Positions 1 through 8,583 of a stretch of DNA of 64,000 bases are shown here, in pieces. Source of the DNA: a virus. Lineage: Duplodnaviria > Caudoviricetes. Position 1 is the first letter of the stretch. Every line of letters begins with the position of its first letter. The notes below the pieces were generated by a model. The model worked only from the letters and a program-made list of their open reading frames with translations, had not been told where the DNA came from and did no database searches. The DNA lies in IMG/VR virus record IMGVR_UViG_3300028581_000010. One strand, given 5' to 3'. The translations under genes were made by a program, and so were the position numbers.

Positions 1-549
1 CATGTTTGCGGCGATATGGTAGCACACGATGCCCTCAGGGTTCATGAAGCCTGGTGCGGCTGCGCTGCCGTTTTCCTTTAGCTTGGCTAGCGTATCGTCA
101 CATGCTTCTGTTGTAAATGGTCCCCTGTATAACACAGGCGCCAAGTGGCAGCAGGCAGGCAGCACTTCCTGGAGCTTGCTACCAACCAAAGCGGGCTCTG
201 TGCCGTGAGCGCACCATCTGGAGACGTTGAATAGGCTCCAGCGCTTTTCCTTCATGTTGTATTTTCTCTGAATACCCAAGCCCCACCATTCTCCAAAGTG
301 GCGGCCAGGCCCAAGAGTAATGAGCTCGTCACGGTGCTCTGTTACCCAGCGGGCAAACCCAGCATTATCATCCTGAGGTGTAATCCACCTCGTACGGGAG
401 CCGATCAACAGCTTGCCCTCGTCAGTGATGTACACACAGGCGTTGGTCCCATCGATTTTTTCACTAATTATTACTTCTCTTGACAATCTCGCCATCTTTG
501 GGAAAGCAAGAAACTCGTCATTTATTGTTGTTTGATTTGTGTTTTCCAT
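1..549 (-). CDS. RNA ligase, Rnl2/phage family (3' end runs off the window)
   Basis: Not in the ORF track because it is truncated by the window edge. Manual translation: MENTNQTTINDEFLAFPKMARLSREVIISEKIDGTNACVYI...HFGEWWGLGIQRKY...FMNPEGIVCYH. It has nucleotidyltransferase motif I (KIDG), FGEW and EGIV. Confidence 0.85.
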   Translation of the reverse strand, partial: MENTNQTTINDEFLAFPKMARLSREVIISEKIDGTNACVYITDEGKLLIGSRTRWITPQDDNAGFARWVTEHRDELITLGPGRHFGEWWGLGIQRKYNMKEKRWSLFNVSRWCAHGTEPALVGSKLQEVLPACCHLAPVLYRGPFTTEACDDTLAKLKENGSAAAPGFMNPEGIVCYHIAANM

Positions 550-991
550 GTCCTGTTTTACGATCTCGTGTTCTTATTCTATGGCAGTTGGCGCAAACTA
601 AGTCACACTTGTCTAGTTCCATCTGGATTAGCTCTCGGCTATAATGGTGTGCAAACATAGTACCAACATTGTACTTTTTCTTTGCACCGCGGCAGTGATC
701 AAAGTCCATGCAGCATGTTGGGAACTTTCCGCCGCAGTCTATGCACACCTTAGATTTTAGCTCTATCATCCACGTTTTGAGTGCCTTAGCCTTATCCCCC
801 TCCTCTCGCCAGTTCCCCTCTGCAGCGTAACGCCTTGCACGATATTTTCGTACTGCTTCATTAAGCTTATCTCTATTGTTTTTCCTCCAATACTTGTGTC
901 GGCAACGTGCAGAGCAGAATTTTGGCGGATGACTACGATATTTGCGTACTGACTTATTTAAGCATTCGGGGCATATTAGCGTTATTTCCAT
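518..991 (-). CDS. HNH homing endonuclease
   Basis: CIDCGG..DFDH..CDLVCANCHRIRT HNH/Zn signature plus an N-terminal CxxC/FCS-CR motif. The start is placed at MEITL (991), just downstream of a promoter. Confidence 0.85.
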   Translation of the reverse strand: MEITLICPECLNKSVRKYRSHPPKFCSARCRHKYWRKNNRDKLNEAVRKYRARRYAAEGNWREEGDKAKALKTWMIELKSKVCIDCGGKFPTCCMDFDHCRGAKKKYNVGTMFAHHYSRELIQMELDKCDLVCANCHRIRTRDRKTGHGKHKSNNNK

Positions 992-997
992 ATATGC

Positions 998-1026
998 ATT
1001 ATGGTTCAAACGCTAAATTATGTCAA
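998..1026 (-). promoter_or_regulatory. sigma70-like promoter TTGACA-N17-CATAAT for the HNH gene
   Basis: -35 at 1026-1021 and -10 at 1003-998. The ATG at 991 lies 6 nt further downstream. Confidence 0.7.
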
Positions 1027-1043
1027 TAAGTATTTGGGCTTAA

Positions 1044-1775
1044 CTAGACTAGTAGTTTTTTGTAGGCCCTCTTACAGATGTCGACTGCGACATCAGTGTC
1101 GAAGGTCATTACAACACCTGGGGCTTTTCTAGCCTCGTCGAATTCGTTCATGGCTCCTGTCGCCCAGACCTGCAGCTCCTCCACACTGAATAGCTCAGGG
1201 TTTGTTCTTATCTTAAGTAGTTGGTCCGCCAATGCAGGCTTCCACTTGCGCACATGCACAGGATAGACACCGGTTCTTAGAAACTCAGCGCTGCATAGCA
1301 ATATGCGTATAGCGTGCGCTACGTTCTTCGGAGAGAAGCCGTATTTGGCTAGGAGCTCTTTTCTACTCGCGCCTAGGTCACCAGCCTTCTGGCCGAAGCC
1401 CACCATGATCTCGTTTGAGGCATACCCCATCGAGGCATGGCCGTAGTGGTTGGTGTCTATGAGCTGCGACCTGTGTTGGAGTATGTCCTTCAGCACGTCG
1501 CTGCTATAGAGCCACGTATCGTTGAACATCAGCTCGACGGTCTTGACCGTTGATCTGCGACACAGATGTAGAAAGTGGCGCAGTTCCCAGTACGACTCGT
1601 TCTCCGTTGTAGTGTTGTGCACCCAGCTATCGTCTGTGGCTAGGCCGAACAGTGCGCCTGGTTTGTCTGTGAGGTATATACCAGCATAGTCATGATCGCT
1701 GTCCTCGGTATTGATCCCATACATTCGAGATCCGTTTAGGTAAAGTCCTACGTAATTAAGTTTTTCATTTGGCAT
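1044..1775 (-). CDS. Pol-beta-like nucleotidyltransferase, RlaP/YcgL-like
   Basis: GSRMYGINTEDSDHDY (GS..YG....SD.D) and a C-terminal K...HA.R.L helix. Confidence 0.85.
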   Translation of the reverse strand: MPNEKLNYVGLYLNGSRMYGINTEDSDHDYAGIYLTDKPGALFGLATDDSWVHNTTTENESYWELRHFLHLCRRSTVKTVELMFNDTWLYSSDVLKDILQHRSQLIDTNHYGHASMGYASNEIMVGFGQKAGDLGASRKELLAKYGFSPKNVAHAIRILLCSAEFLRTGVYPVHVRKWKPALADQLLKIRTNPELFSVEELQVWATGAMNEFDEARKAPGVVMTFDTDVAVDICKRAYKKLLV

Positions 1776-1817
1776 ATTGTCAATAGCTAAGACTTGCTCG
1801 GTGCAGACTACAATGCT

Positions 1818-2321
1818 TTATGGCTCTTGTAGTAAATACTGCGTCATCTCTTCGATCGAGTAGCAAATCACACCGTTGTAACCAAAACAGGCAGCTCGAA
1901 CGATAACTTCTTGCCCGTATTGGTAGGTCATAGGAAAGCCGACCACCAGCTTCTGCTTTACAGCGTCCACTTCATGGGACTCGCTGACACACTCCTGCCT
2001 TTGTAAAATAGCACCTAGCTCAAACATAGCCAGGTCTTTACAAAAGTCATCCTCGAACCACAGCACTACAGTAGATGCGCTCTTGCATCTCTTGTGCTGC
2101 CATTCTATATCCGTGTACTGCTCCTCCGCGGTCTGACGATGCAGAACCTGCCAAGTGGGTTTGGGTACATAGATTGTTGTTGCGGTGTGTTGCAACCCTC
2201 CGTTGACTAGCCTGTCTCTCCAGTTGTCTTCCACATACTGTGAGGGGCTGCCGCCTAGGTATATTGTCTTAGGAAATCTCGCCTTCTCGTAGTTCGGGCT
2301 TACTATTATCTGTGCTATCAT
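1818..2321 (-). CDS. nucleoside 2-deoxyribosyltransferase-like protein
   Basis: IYLGGS..NWRDRL..EWQ..VVLWF..FELG pattern. Confidence 0.7.
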   Translation of the reverse strand: MIAQIIVSPNYEKARFPKTIYLGGSPSQYVEDNWRDRLVNGGLQHTATTIYVPKPTWQVLHRQTAEEQYTDIEWQHKRCKSASTVVLWFEDDFCKDLAMFELGAILQRQECVSESHEVDAVKQKLVVGFPMTYQYGQEVIVRAACFGYNGVICYSIEEMTQYLLQEP

Positions 2322-2709
2322 GATTGAATATTATGCGCATGTGATTGTCGAGTATATTTGAGGCCTCTTCCTTGGTTACCCATAGAAAGCTGTCCAGCTC
2401 GGGCTCGCCGTTAGGGCACAAGGCTATGCACCTTATATCCTCGGGGACCTCCTGCAGCTCTGCAGCAAATACGACAATCTCCTTCTTGTGGCGCTTGGTT
2501 GTGTAGCGCATTATCGGCGTTACACCAATGTCGCCAGGCTGGAGAGTTATGTTCGTCTCCTCCTTGAGCTCACGCAGGGCAGTCTCGGCCTCTGTCTCGC
2601 CTTCCTCTTGCTTACCTTTAGGTATGCTGTAGCTCTTGAAAGTACCGCTGGCTCTACCCAGCAGGTACTTGTCCTTCACCTTCAGCAGAACCCCACACGA
2701 CTTTATCAT
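2269..2709 (-). CDS. NUDIX hydrolase
   Basis: Full Nudix box: PKGKQEEGETEAETALRELKEETNI. Confidence 0.95.
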   Translation of the reverse strand: MIKSCGVLLKVKDKYLLGRASGTFKSYSIPKGKQEEGETEAETALRELKEETNITLQPGDIGVTPIMRYTTKRHKKEIVVFAAELQEVPEDIRCIALCPNGEPELDSFLWVTKEEASNILDNHMRIIFNHDSTDNSKPELREGEIS

Positions 2710-3499
2710 TTTTGTATTTGATTATGTTGATGGTACCGTTTTCGATTGTCAGATACTCCTCACCCAGAGTATCTATGAAGTAGCCGTTAGCGATGCTATC
2801 CTTCTTGTTTGGAAACCAGCTCTGTACCACGTGCCTGTTCGGCGTATGGCCCATGATCTGGTCAATGCCGCGGATTGGTGTGAACTGTGTCATGTGTAGC
2901 CAGTACGGCCCGCCATGACCAGGTTCTCCGCACCTGTAGCCTTGATACATGAAGTGATGGTAGCCGCTCTTCTCCGCCGCTTCGCGCCACCTCGGCTCCT
3001 GCTTCTTCATCTCAAAGAGATGCTCGTCCACAGTGAGGTCCATCAGGTGCCTAAACTTGCCACCCTTCTTCACGTACTCCATGTGGCGGAATCCGTATAG
3101 GTTGGCTAGCGTGAAGCCTGCGTGGCTTATGACTATGGGCCGCTCGTCTCTACCGCGTTGAATCTCGTAGTAGAGCCTCAGCTGCCGGAAGTCCAGCTCG
3201 TTTATAATGCTTCGTATGGCCCTGTTCTTCTCTGGGCTGTATCCTGGACACCACAACGCACTATTATGACAGAAGGCGTAGGCTGCGTCGTGGTTGCCTA
3301 GGAGATGTATGCGGTTTGGCCTGGTAAGAGACCTCTTGAGCCAGTTGGCCGTCTTTCTTGCTATGTGCTCGTCATCTCCCCAGCCGTCGAAGTAGTCACC
3401 ACAAAATATGATCTTGTGAGTGTCCTCGTACTTGGAAGCAACGTGCTCAGCCGCATCTATTCTGTTGTGTATGTCTCCGTATACGAGGTACTTATCCAT
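2654..3499 (-). CDS. calcineurin-like metallophosphoesterase
   Basis: GDIHN, GDYFD, GNHD, SHAG and GHT motifs in canonical order. Confidence 0.92.
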   Translation of the reverse strand: MDKYLVYGDIHNRIDAAEHVASKYEDTHKIIFCGDYFDGWGDDEHIARKTANWLKRSLTRPNRIHLLGNHDAAYAFCHNSALWCPGYSPEKNRAIRSIINELDFRQLRLYYEIQRGRDERPIVISHAGFTLANLYGFRHMEYVKKGGKFRHLMDLTVDEHLFEMKKQEPRWREAAEKSGYHHFMYQGYRCGEPGHGGPYWLHMTQFTPIRGIDQIMGHTPNRHVVQSWFPNKKDSIANGYFIDTLGEEYLTIENGTINIIKYKNDKVVWGSAEGEGQVPAG

Positions 3500-3705
3500 T
3501 ATGTGGCCATTGCTGCCCGCCGCTCCTTGTTTCTTCTGCGCAGCTTGATCGTATCCTTGCGGTCGCGCTTGCCTCTGTATGGGCGCGGAGGGTCAACTCT
3601 AATGAGAGAGCCGTCTACCATGCGCTCGTACGAGCTGTTGGAGAATGTCACGGTCTCTACGGCCGTATTCTTGTCAATGTAGTCAAAAGGGAATTGTCTT
3701 TTCAT
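3499..3705 (-). CDS. hypothetical protein (basic C-terminus)
   Basis: Abuts its neighbours in a tightly packed minus-strand run. Confidence 0.55.
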   Translation of the reverse strand: MKRQFPFDYIDKNTAVETVTFSNSSYERMVDGSLIRVDPPRPYRGKRDRKDTIKLRRRNKERRAAMAT

Positions 3706-3706
3706 G

Positions 3707-3940
3707 TTATCTTGGTCCTTTCGGGCTGTATAGCTCGCTATGTATTTCGGAGTCTTTTAGCAGTGCAGCTATCTCCACGTATGGCTGCTTGGCTAGAAAA
3801 GAGCCGTTGGTTGTAAAGATCCACGTGTGGTTCTCAAACGTGTCAGAGGCCGTGGCGGACACGATTGAATCTAGGTTCAGGCATACGCGTTCGTCTGTCT
3901 GTGTGACTATCTCAATAAATCTTGGTCGTCTTATGCTCAT
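3707..3940 (-). CDS. hypothetical protein
   Basis: 1-2 nt spacing to its neighbours. Small beta-rich phage-like ORF. Confidence 0.6.
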   Translation of the reverse strand: MSIRRPRFIEIVTQTDERVCLNLDSIVSATASDTFENHTWIFTTNGSFLAKQPYVEIAALLKDSEIHSELYSPKGPR

Positions 3941-3941
3941 G

Positions 3942-4163
3942 TTAGTCTCCTATGTAAGGAAAGGCTCGCTGGAGCATACGCAAGGCGTATTCGCCCTCGT
4001 TCAGTATTTCTCCGTCAGTTCCCTCAGCTTGGTCATAGTCCGTGCGCTGCATAAATAGCGCAACCACGGAGTTAGAGATTACTTGTAAGTTGTGGGCGAT
4101 TTCATCGGGAGTTAGCTCCAGCCCTGCATCAATTTCTGCATCAGTTCTTATGATTGCTTTCAT
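3942..4163 (-). CDS. hypothetical protein
   Basis: Tight packing in the operon. Confidence 0.55.
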   Translation of the reverse strand: MKAIIRTDAEIDAGLELTPDEIAHNLQVISNSVVALFMQRTDYDQAEGTDGEILNEGEYALRMLQRAFPYIGD

Positions 4164-4608
4164 TTATGAATGTTTTGTTGTTGAATACCGTTATGTGCGT
4201 GCCGTCCCAGTCCGGATAGTCTGGGTGCTGGTAGCTGTCTTCCACTACTCCTACGAGCTGTTTTATATCATTGATCAATTGGCAATGAACAGGTAGGTAA
4301 AAATTTAGAAAGCCTCTTGACCTTCCCCCGTATACGCCGTCGGGGTAGTAATGAAAGGTTACCTGCATATCATGTAGGTGTAGAATAGGTGTTGTATCTA
4401 TTCCTGGATGCAGCCGCTCATTGATTATCGTTATGTGCCCGTCATGGGCAGGAGACCCCACCTTAATCGTGTTAAAGGAGGCCTTCCTGAATAACCATAT
4501 GTAGTACTTGCAGAAGTCTACACCCACATAGATGCGTATGTCTCCGGTTGTTACCCGGAGTGTGCCGGTCGCTTCTATCCAGCTGCCGTCTATAGGAAAA
4601 GGCGCCAT
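4141..4608 (-). CDS. 2H phosphoesterase family protein
   Basis: Two HxT-hydrophobic motifs (DGHITII and GTHITVF) about 80 aa apart in a 155-aa protein. Confidence 0.7.
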   Translation of the reverse strand: MAPFPIDGSWIEATGTLRVTTGDIRIYVGVDFCKYYIWLFRKASFNTIKVGSPAHDGHITIINERLHPGIDTTPILHLHDMQVTFHYYPDGVYGGRSRGFLNFYLPVHCQLINDIKQLVGVVEDSYQHPDYPDWDGTHITVFNNKTFINESNHKN

Positions 4609-4697
4609 ACCATGAACGTCAGATACTCAGCCAGATACATGGTTGTCACCATTATCGGTACAACTACTGTCAAATATAGCTTTGTTAGAATTCGCAT
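4590..4697 (-). CDS. 35-aa single-transmembrane peptide (not in the ORF track)
   Basis: MRILTKLYLTVVVPIMVTTMYLAEYLTFMVWRLFL. Its ATG overlaps the upstream TAA and it fills the gap between two ORFs. Confidence 0.45.
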   Translation of the reverse strand: MRILTKLYLTVVVPIMVTTMYLAEYLTFMVWRLFL

Positions 4698-4927
4698 TAT
4701 TGTTCCTCTCTGAAGCCGAACATTATGCGGGCCATCTCTCTCATCTTCTGTTCGGCGTAGTACATGCCTCCCTCGGTGAGTTTGTACCCATGCGGAGCAT
4801 CAGCATCCTCCTCGATGAAGCCCTCCGCTAGGAGGTACTTCTTCTTGGTCTCAAAGTAGGCCTTTGCCTGTTCGAGTTGCTGGTCCTCTGAGCCACCCTG
4901 CGACGCTTGTTCCTCCGGATCTTCCAT
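4697..4927 (-). CDS. hypothetical protein, possible winged-helix
   Basis: LLAEGFIEE..GYKLTEGG resembles a wHTH wing. The start is taken at MEDPEE. Confidence 0.45.
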   Translation of the reverse strand: MEDPEEQASQGGSEDQQLEQAKAYFETKKKYLLAEGFIEEDADAPHGYKLTEGGMYYAEQKMREMARIMFGFREEQ

Positions 4928-5051
4928 TTTTAAGTGCTTTCTTTCCAGCTGCGGTGATTTTGTAGCTGAGCTCGCCGCCCTTCTCGCAGACGGCGACGTG
5001 GCCGGCAATGATAAGGTTGCTGAGTGCTGTTTTTATTTCCTTGATGTTCAT
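4851..5051 (-). CDS. hypothetical small winged-helix-like protein
   Basis: ALSNLIIAGHV..SYKITAAGKKAL is a PadR/ArsR-like wing pattern. Confidence 0.45.
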   Translation of the reverse strand: MNIKEIKTALSNLIIAGHVAVCEKGGELSYKITAAGKKALKNGRSGGTSVAGWLRGPATRTGKGLL

Positions 5052-5359
5052 GTGGTTGTTCCTGTCTTGAGTTGTAGCAGTGCTTTAGCCCGCCTTTTTG
5101 CAGGTGCGAACCATAGCCATACCAGGCTTGTGCGCCCCACTATGTCGTTGTACTTCATACGCTCGTCATAGGTGAGTGCGGCTTCTTCCTCGCAGATCGC
5201 ATCAAGGTCCGTGCAGAAGTTCTTCACTTCCTTCAGCCCTAATGCAGCGGATAGCTCTTTGTTGATCTGTGCTTCTTCCTGCTTGTTTGTTTGTTTAGGT
5301 TTTTTGTTTTTCGAAAACATGGCTCCAATATTGGCTGCTGTTTTGTCCTTGCTTTGCAT
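5048..5359 (-). CDS. hypothetical protein
   Basis: ATGA-type overlap with the downstream ORF. Confidence 0.5.
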   Translation of the reverse strand: MQSKDKTAANIGAMFSKNKKPKQTNKQEEAQINKELSAALGLKEVKNFCTDLDAICEEEAALTYDERMKYNDIVGRTSLVWLWFAPAKRRAKALLQLKTGTTT

Positions 5360-6083
5360 CCCAGTACAGGCATCTAGCGATATATGGAGGGATATTCCAC
5401 ATCTTGGACATCTCTACCCAGTGGCGTTCCAGATCTGCGTACTGCCTGGCATGCTTGGTTTGATCCAAACCATAGGCCTGAAACATGTGCGTGTCCAGGC
5501 AAACTACATTTGTTTCGTTAGGGTAGCACATCTCTATGGCAAAGCTCGTCTTAGCCTTGCCTAGCCCTAGAGTGACGCGCTCAAGTCTATCGCGGTATTG
5601 CACCCACGTTTCATTGTCACCCTTGCTATAAAATTTTGGGTTCTTCCAAAAGCTTGTAGCAAAGGTGTTCAGATACTTGGCCCGATTATTCTGCATGCCC
5701 ACTCTGGAGTCAACCAGGCGGTCCTGCAGCTCGGTTGCGTTGTTAATCCACTCCCACCAGTTCTCTATCGCTTTATAGCCCGTTACGTTTGCCTTCCATG
5801 ACGTGTGTACGCTCATAAAGGCAAACAGAAAGCGCTTAAAGACCTCAGACAGATCCTTTGGTGATATGTGTGTCCAGTAGCCTGTGTAATCTCCTACAAG
5901 GCTTGGGTTTATGTTGACGAAGAACGGCTCCACTCCTGTGTAATCAGGCTTGGCGCTATAGTCAACGACGGACAGAAGCCCGTCAAAGATTTCATACTGC
6001 TCCTCTACTCTGGGGGGTAGGTAACCCCCCAGAAAGTCGAGTTGAGGAATGCTATTCCGTTGGTCCTCTATATATTTTTCCAT
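5295..6083 (-). CDS. HhH-GPD-type DNA glycosylase (Ogg/endonuclease III-like)
   Basis: Helix-hairpin-helix LGLGKAKTSFAI followed by VVCLDTHM, which contains the catalytic Asp. Confidence 0.7.
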   Translation of the reverse strand: MEKYIEDQRNSIPQLDFLGGYLPPRVEEQYEIFDGLLSVVDYSAKPDYTGVEPFFVNINPSLVGDYTGYWTHISPKDLSEVFKRFLFAFMSVHTSWKANVTGYKAIENWWEWINNATELQDRLVDSRVGMQNNRAKYLNTFATSFWKNPKFYSKGDNETWVQYRDRLERVTLGLGKAKTSFAIEMCYPNETNVVCLDTHMFQAYGLDQTKHARQYADLERHWVEMSKMWNIPPYIARCLYWDAKQGQNSSQYWSHVFEKQKT

Positions 6084-6450
6084 ACTTTTTTCTGAATGCT
6101 TTCTTCTTCATCGTGAGCAGCGCTTCCTTTAGCTCGGTCTCTAGTTTGCCGTGCTGCTCCATCATGCGCTTCTCGATTAGTTCGTCTGACCACTCCACGG
6201 TGGCTACTATCTCGTACTTTGTACTCCATGAGCCTCCGTGGTTTACCGTCACGCTTATGATATTCTCCGCATCATCGCGCTTGTCTATTTCATGCAGTAG
6301 CTCCTGGAGCTTCTCCGTAAGTACTTTGTTCTTGGCGATTTCGTTGTTGATAACGTCGCTGGGCCGTGAGAATAGTGTTGAGGTAGGCCAGGCTGCTGCT
6401 GTGATCCATGTGTTCTCTTTCTGTACGTAACGGGGTTTCCGTGCGGCCAT
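6052..6450 (-). CDS. hypothetical coiled-coil protein
   Basis: ORF track. Charged helical composition. Confidence 0.5.
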   Translation of the reverse strand: MAARKPRYVQKENTWITAAAWPTSTLFSRPSDVINNEIAKNKVLTEKLQELLHEIDKRDDAENIISVTVNHGGSWSTKYEIVATVEWSDELIEKRMMEQHGKLETELKEALLTMKKKAFRKKYGKIYRGPTE

Positions 6451-6591
6451 TCGGCTAGCCTCTTGTTCGTAGTTGGCCTGTTCTTGTAGAAGTATGCGCG
6501 CTCCTTCTCCAGGCGCTCCATACCTCTCTGGCGCTTCTTGTCAAGCGCCTGATAGTCAGTCAGCCTGAGCTCTATGTTGTCGAACAGTATT

Positions 6592-7290
6592 TTAGCGTCT
6601 AATTCGTTCATTTATAAGCTCGCTTATGTTGATGAAGTCCTTCAGCTGAGGCACGTTCCAGTAGTCGTAGTCGACTTCCGCCACATATGCCACTTTGTTC
6701 TTTTGTTTGTACAGCGCAGCTAGTTCCTTACGCAGCTCGTGTCGAATGAGCTTATCGAACGAGATGGCCATCTTCTCTATTCTTGCACGAAACTTATCCG
6801 CGGACTCCTTGTTGGCTACAGCCCTGGTTTCATACTCGATAAAGATATTGATGTCGCGGTCGTTGTCTTCGTAAGTTAAAGCCGCGTCGACCATATCCTT
6901 ATCATCGAGATCCTTGAACTTATCGTTGATCGCTTTGATGAGCCCTGCAGCGCGCTCCTTGGTCTTAGCTACGGTGAGCATGACGCCGGACTCGAGAAAT
7001 GGGCGAATGTTAAGCTCCATGCGCTTGGTTCCTCTAGTAGTGGTCTGGCCTGCCTCGATAGCCTTCTTAAGCTTGGACACGTAGTTCTCTATGTACTTGG
7101 CTAGCTTCTGGTGCAGCTCGGCATGAATCACCGTCTGCTTCACCAGCATGGCTTGCTGTACCTTAGCCGCGTCCTCGATGAGCTTGCTCAACTTTTTTAT
7201 CGACCCTGGCTTACCAGCCCAGGCACCTCCTACAACCTTGGCGTCGATCATCTGCCGCAGGAGCTTGTCTACATCTAGTTGTTCGTTCAT
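6592..7290 (-). CDS. hypothetical protein
   Basis: 232-aa ORF with an A-rich leader and phage-like codon usage. Confidence 0.65.
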   Translation of the reverse strand: MNEQLDVDKLLRQMIDAKVVGGAWAGKPGSIKKLSKLIEDAAKVQQAMLVKQTVIHAELHQKLAKYIENYVSKLKKAIEAGQTTTRGTKRMELNIRPFLESGVMLTVAKTKERAAGLIKAINDKFKDLDDKDMVDAALTYEDNDRDINIFIEYETRAVANKESADKFRARIEKMAISFDKLIRHELRKELAALYKQKNKVAYVAEVDYDYWNVPQLKDFINISELINERIRR

Positions 7291-7396
7291 AGTTTACGAT
7301 TTTGTTGCTTTCGCATAAACTCAGCCAGCAGTAAGCCGTCTGCGTCTCCTGTTAGTTTCAGTTTCTTGTTTTCATTTTTGATTGTTGAATTAATAC

Positions 7397-7424
7397 TTGA
7401 CAGTTCTTGGGGTTCAGCTATTCT
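7397..7424 (+). promoter_or_regulatory. sigma70-like promoter TTGACA-N16-TATTCT
   Basis: -35 at 7397-7402 and -10 at 7419-7424. The ATG at 7433 lies 8 nt further downstream. Confidence 0.55.
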
Positions 7425-7432
7425 AAGCTAAT

Positions 7433-8002
7433 ATGAAACCTATGCAAAAAGTTAAACTACACCACAATTGCAAAGATCTTACCGGCAAGCGCTTTGGTAA
7501 ACTGTGGGTGGTAGCATACACTCCACAAAGGAATAGAACACACTCAGTGCTATGGAGGTGTATGTGTGGATGCGGCAATGAAAAGCTTTTATCTTCAGCA
7601 GCATTACTGCACGACAAAACGCGCTCTTGCGGATGTGTGCGCAAAGCTGTAGGCCGAAACAGTATAAAATGGCAAGGTTGGGGCGAGATCAGTTTATCGT
7701 ATTTCAATAAGATTAAACGCGAAGCTACTACCCGTGGGCATGTCTGGAGCCTAGATATAAAGTATGTCTGGAGGTTGTTCCTAAAGCAGGGAGGAAGGTG
7801 CCGGTTTTCGCGTCAGCCGTTAACATTCGACGTTAGCCAAAGCGCACACGGACGCACGGCCTCATTGGACAGAATTGACTCAATGGGCGGCTATACCAAG
7901 GGAAACGTACAGTGGTGCCATACTAAATTAAATATGATGAAAGGTGCATTATCTGACCAAGAATTTATTGACCTTTGCAAAGCAGTGGCGAATAATAACT
8001 AA
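7433..8002 (+). CDS. homing endonuclease-like protein (DLTG.RFG N-terminal domain plus HNH-like C-terminus)
   Basis: DLTGKRFGKLWVV..WRCMCGCG..SCGC and SLDRIDSMGGYTKGNVQWCHTKLNMMKG. Confidence 0.8.
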   Translation: MKPMQKVKLHHNCKDLTGKRFGKLWVVAYTPQRNRTHSVLWRCMCGCGNEKLLSSAALLHDKTRSCGCVRKAVGRNSIKWQGWGEISLSYFNKIKREATTRGHVWSLDIKYVWRLFLKQGGRCRFSRQPLTFDVSQSAHGRTASLDRIDSMGGYTKGNVQWCHTKLNMMKGALSDQEFIDLCKAVANNN

Positions 8003-8003
8003 C

Positions 8004-8507
8004 ATGAAAACTATATTTATTGGTGTCGATAATGGTGTTTCAGGTGGGGTAGGCATACTCACACCAACTGAGTCTTTTTATTATCGCACTCCGACAATAA
8101 AGCAGCGCAGCTACACTAAAGAGAAAAAGTTTATCAGCAGGCTGGATGTAGAGAAATTCAAAGATCTATTAAAGGCACATGTGCAAGACCCGCGTGATGT
8201 GCTTCTCATGTTTGAGAGGCCTATGGTCAACCCTAGAAGATTTGCGGCCACAATGTCGGCAGTTAGATGTGCGGAAGCTGCGCTCATAGTGGTTGAGGCT
8301 TTGGGGTATACCTACGAGTGGATAGACTCGCGCAAATGGCAGCATGCGCTTTTACCGGATGGAATAACCGGGTCATCTGCGTTGAAAGCAGCTAGTTTAG
8401 CTTTTGGAAAGAAAACATTTCCACAACTAGCTGAGGAGCTTAAAAAAGACGCCGACCCCCTGGCTATAGCATGGTATTTGAAAAAGATGGAGCACCGTAC
8501 ATTATAG
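8004..8507 (+). CDS. ruvC: RuvC-like Holliday junction resolvase
   Basis: IFIGVDNGVSGG, FERP, KWQ and DADPLAIA supply the D-E-D-D catalytic pattern. Confidence 0.85.
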   Translation: MKTIFIGVDNGVSGGVGILTPTESFYYRTPTIKQRSYTKEKKFISRLDVEKFKDLLKAHVQDPRDVLLMFERPMVNPRRFAATMSAVRCAEAALIVVEALGYTYEWIDSRKWQHALLPDGITGSSALKAASLAFGKKTFPQLAEELKKDADPLAIAWYLKKMEHRTL

Positions 8508-8583
8508 CTTTCAATCGCTAAGAATAACATGTGTTAAAATGGATCCCGGAGAGCAGCCGTAGCCACTCTCCGGGACGATTGGG

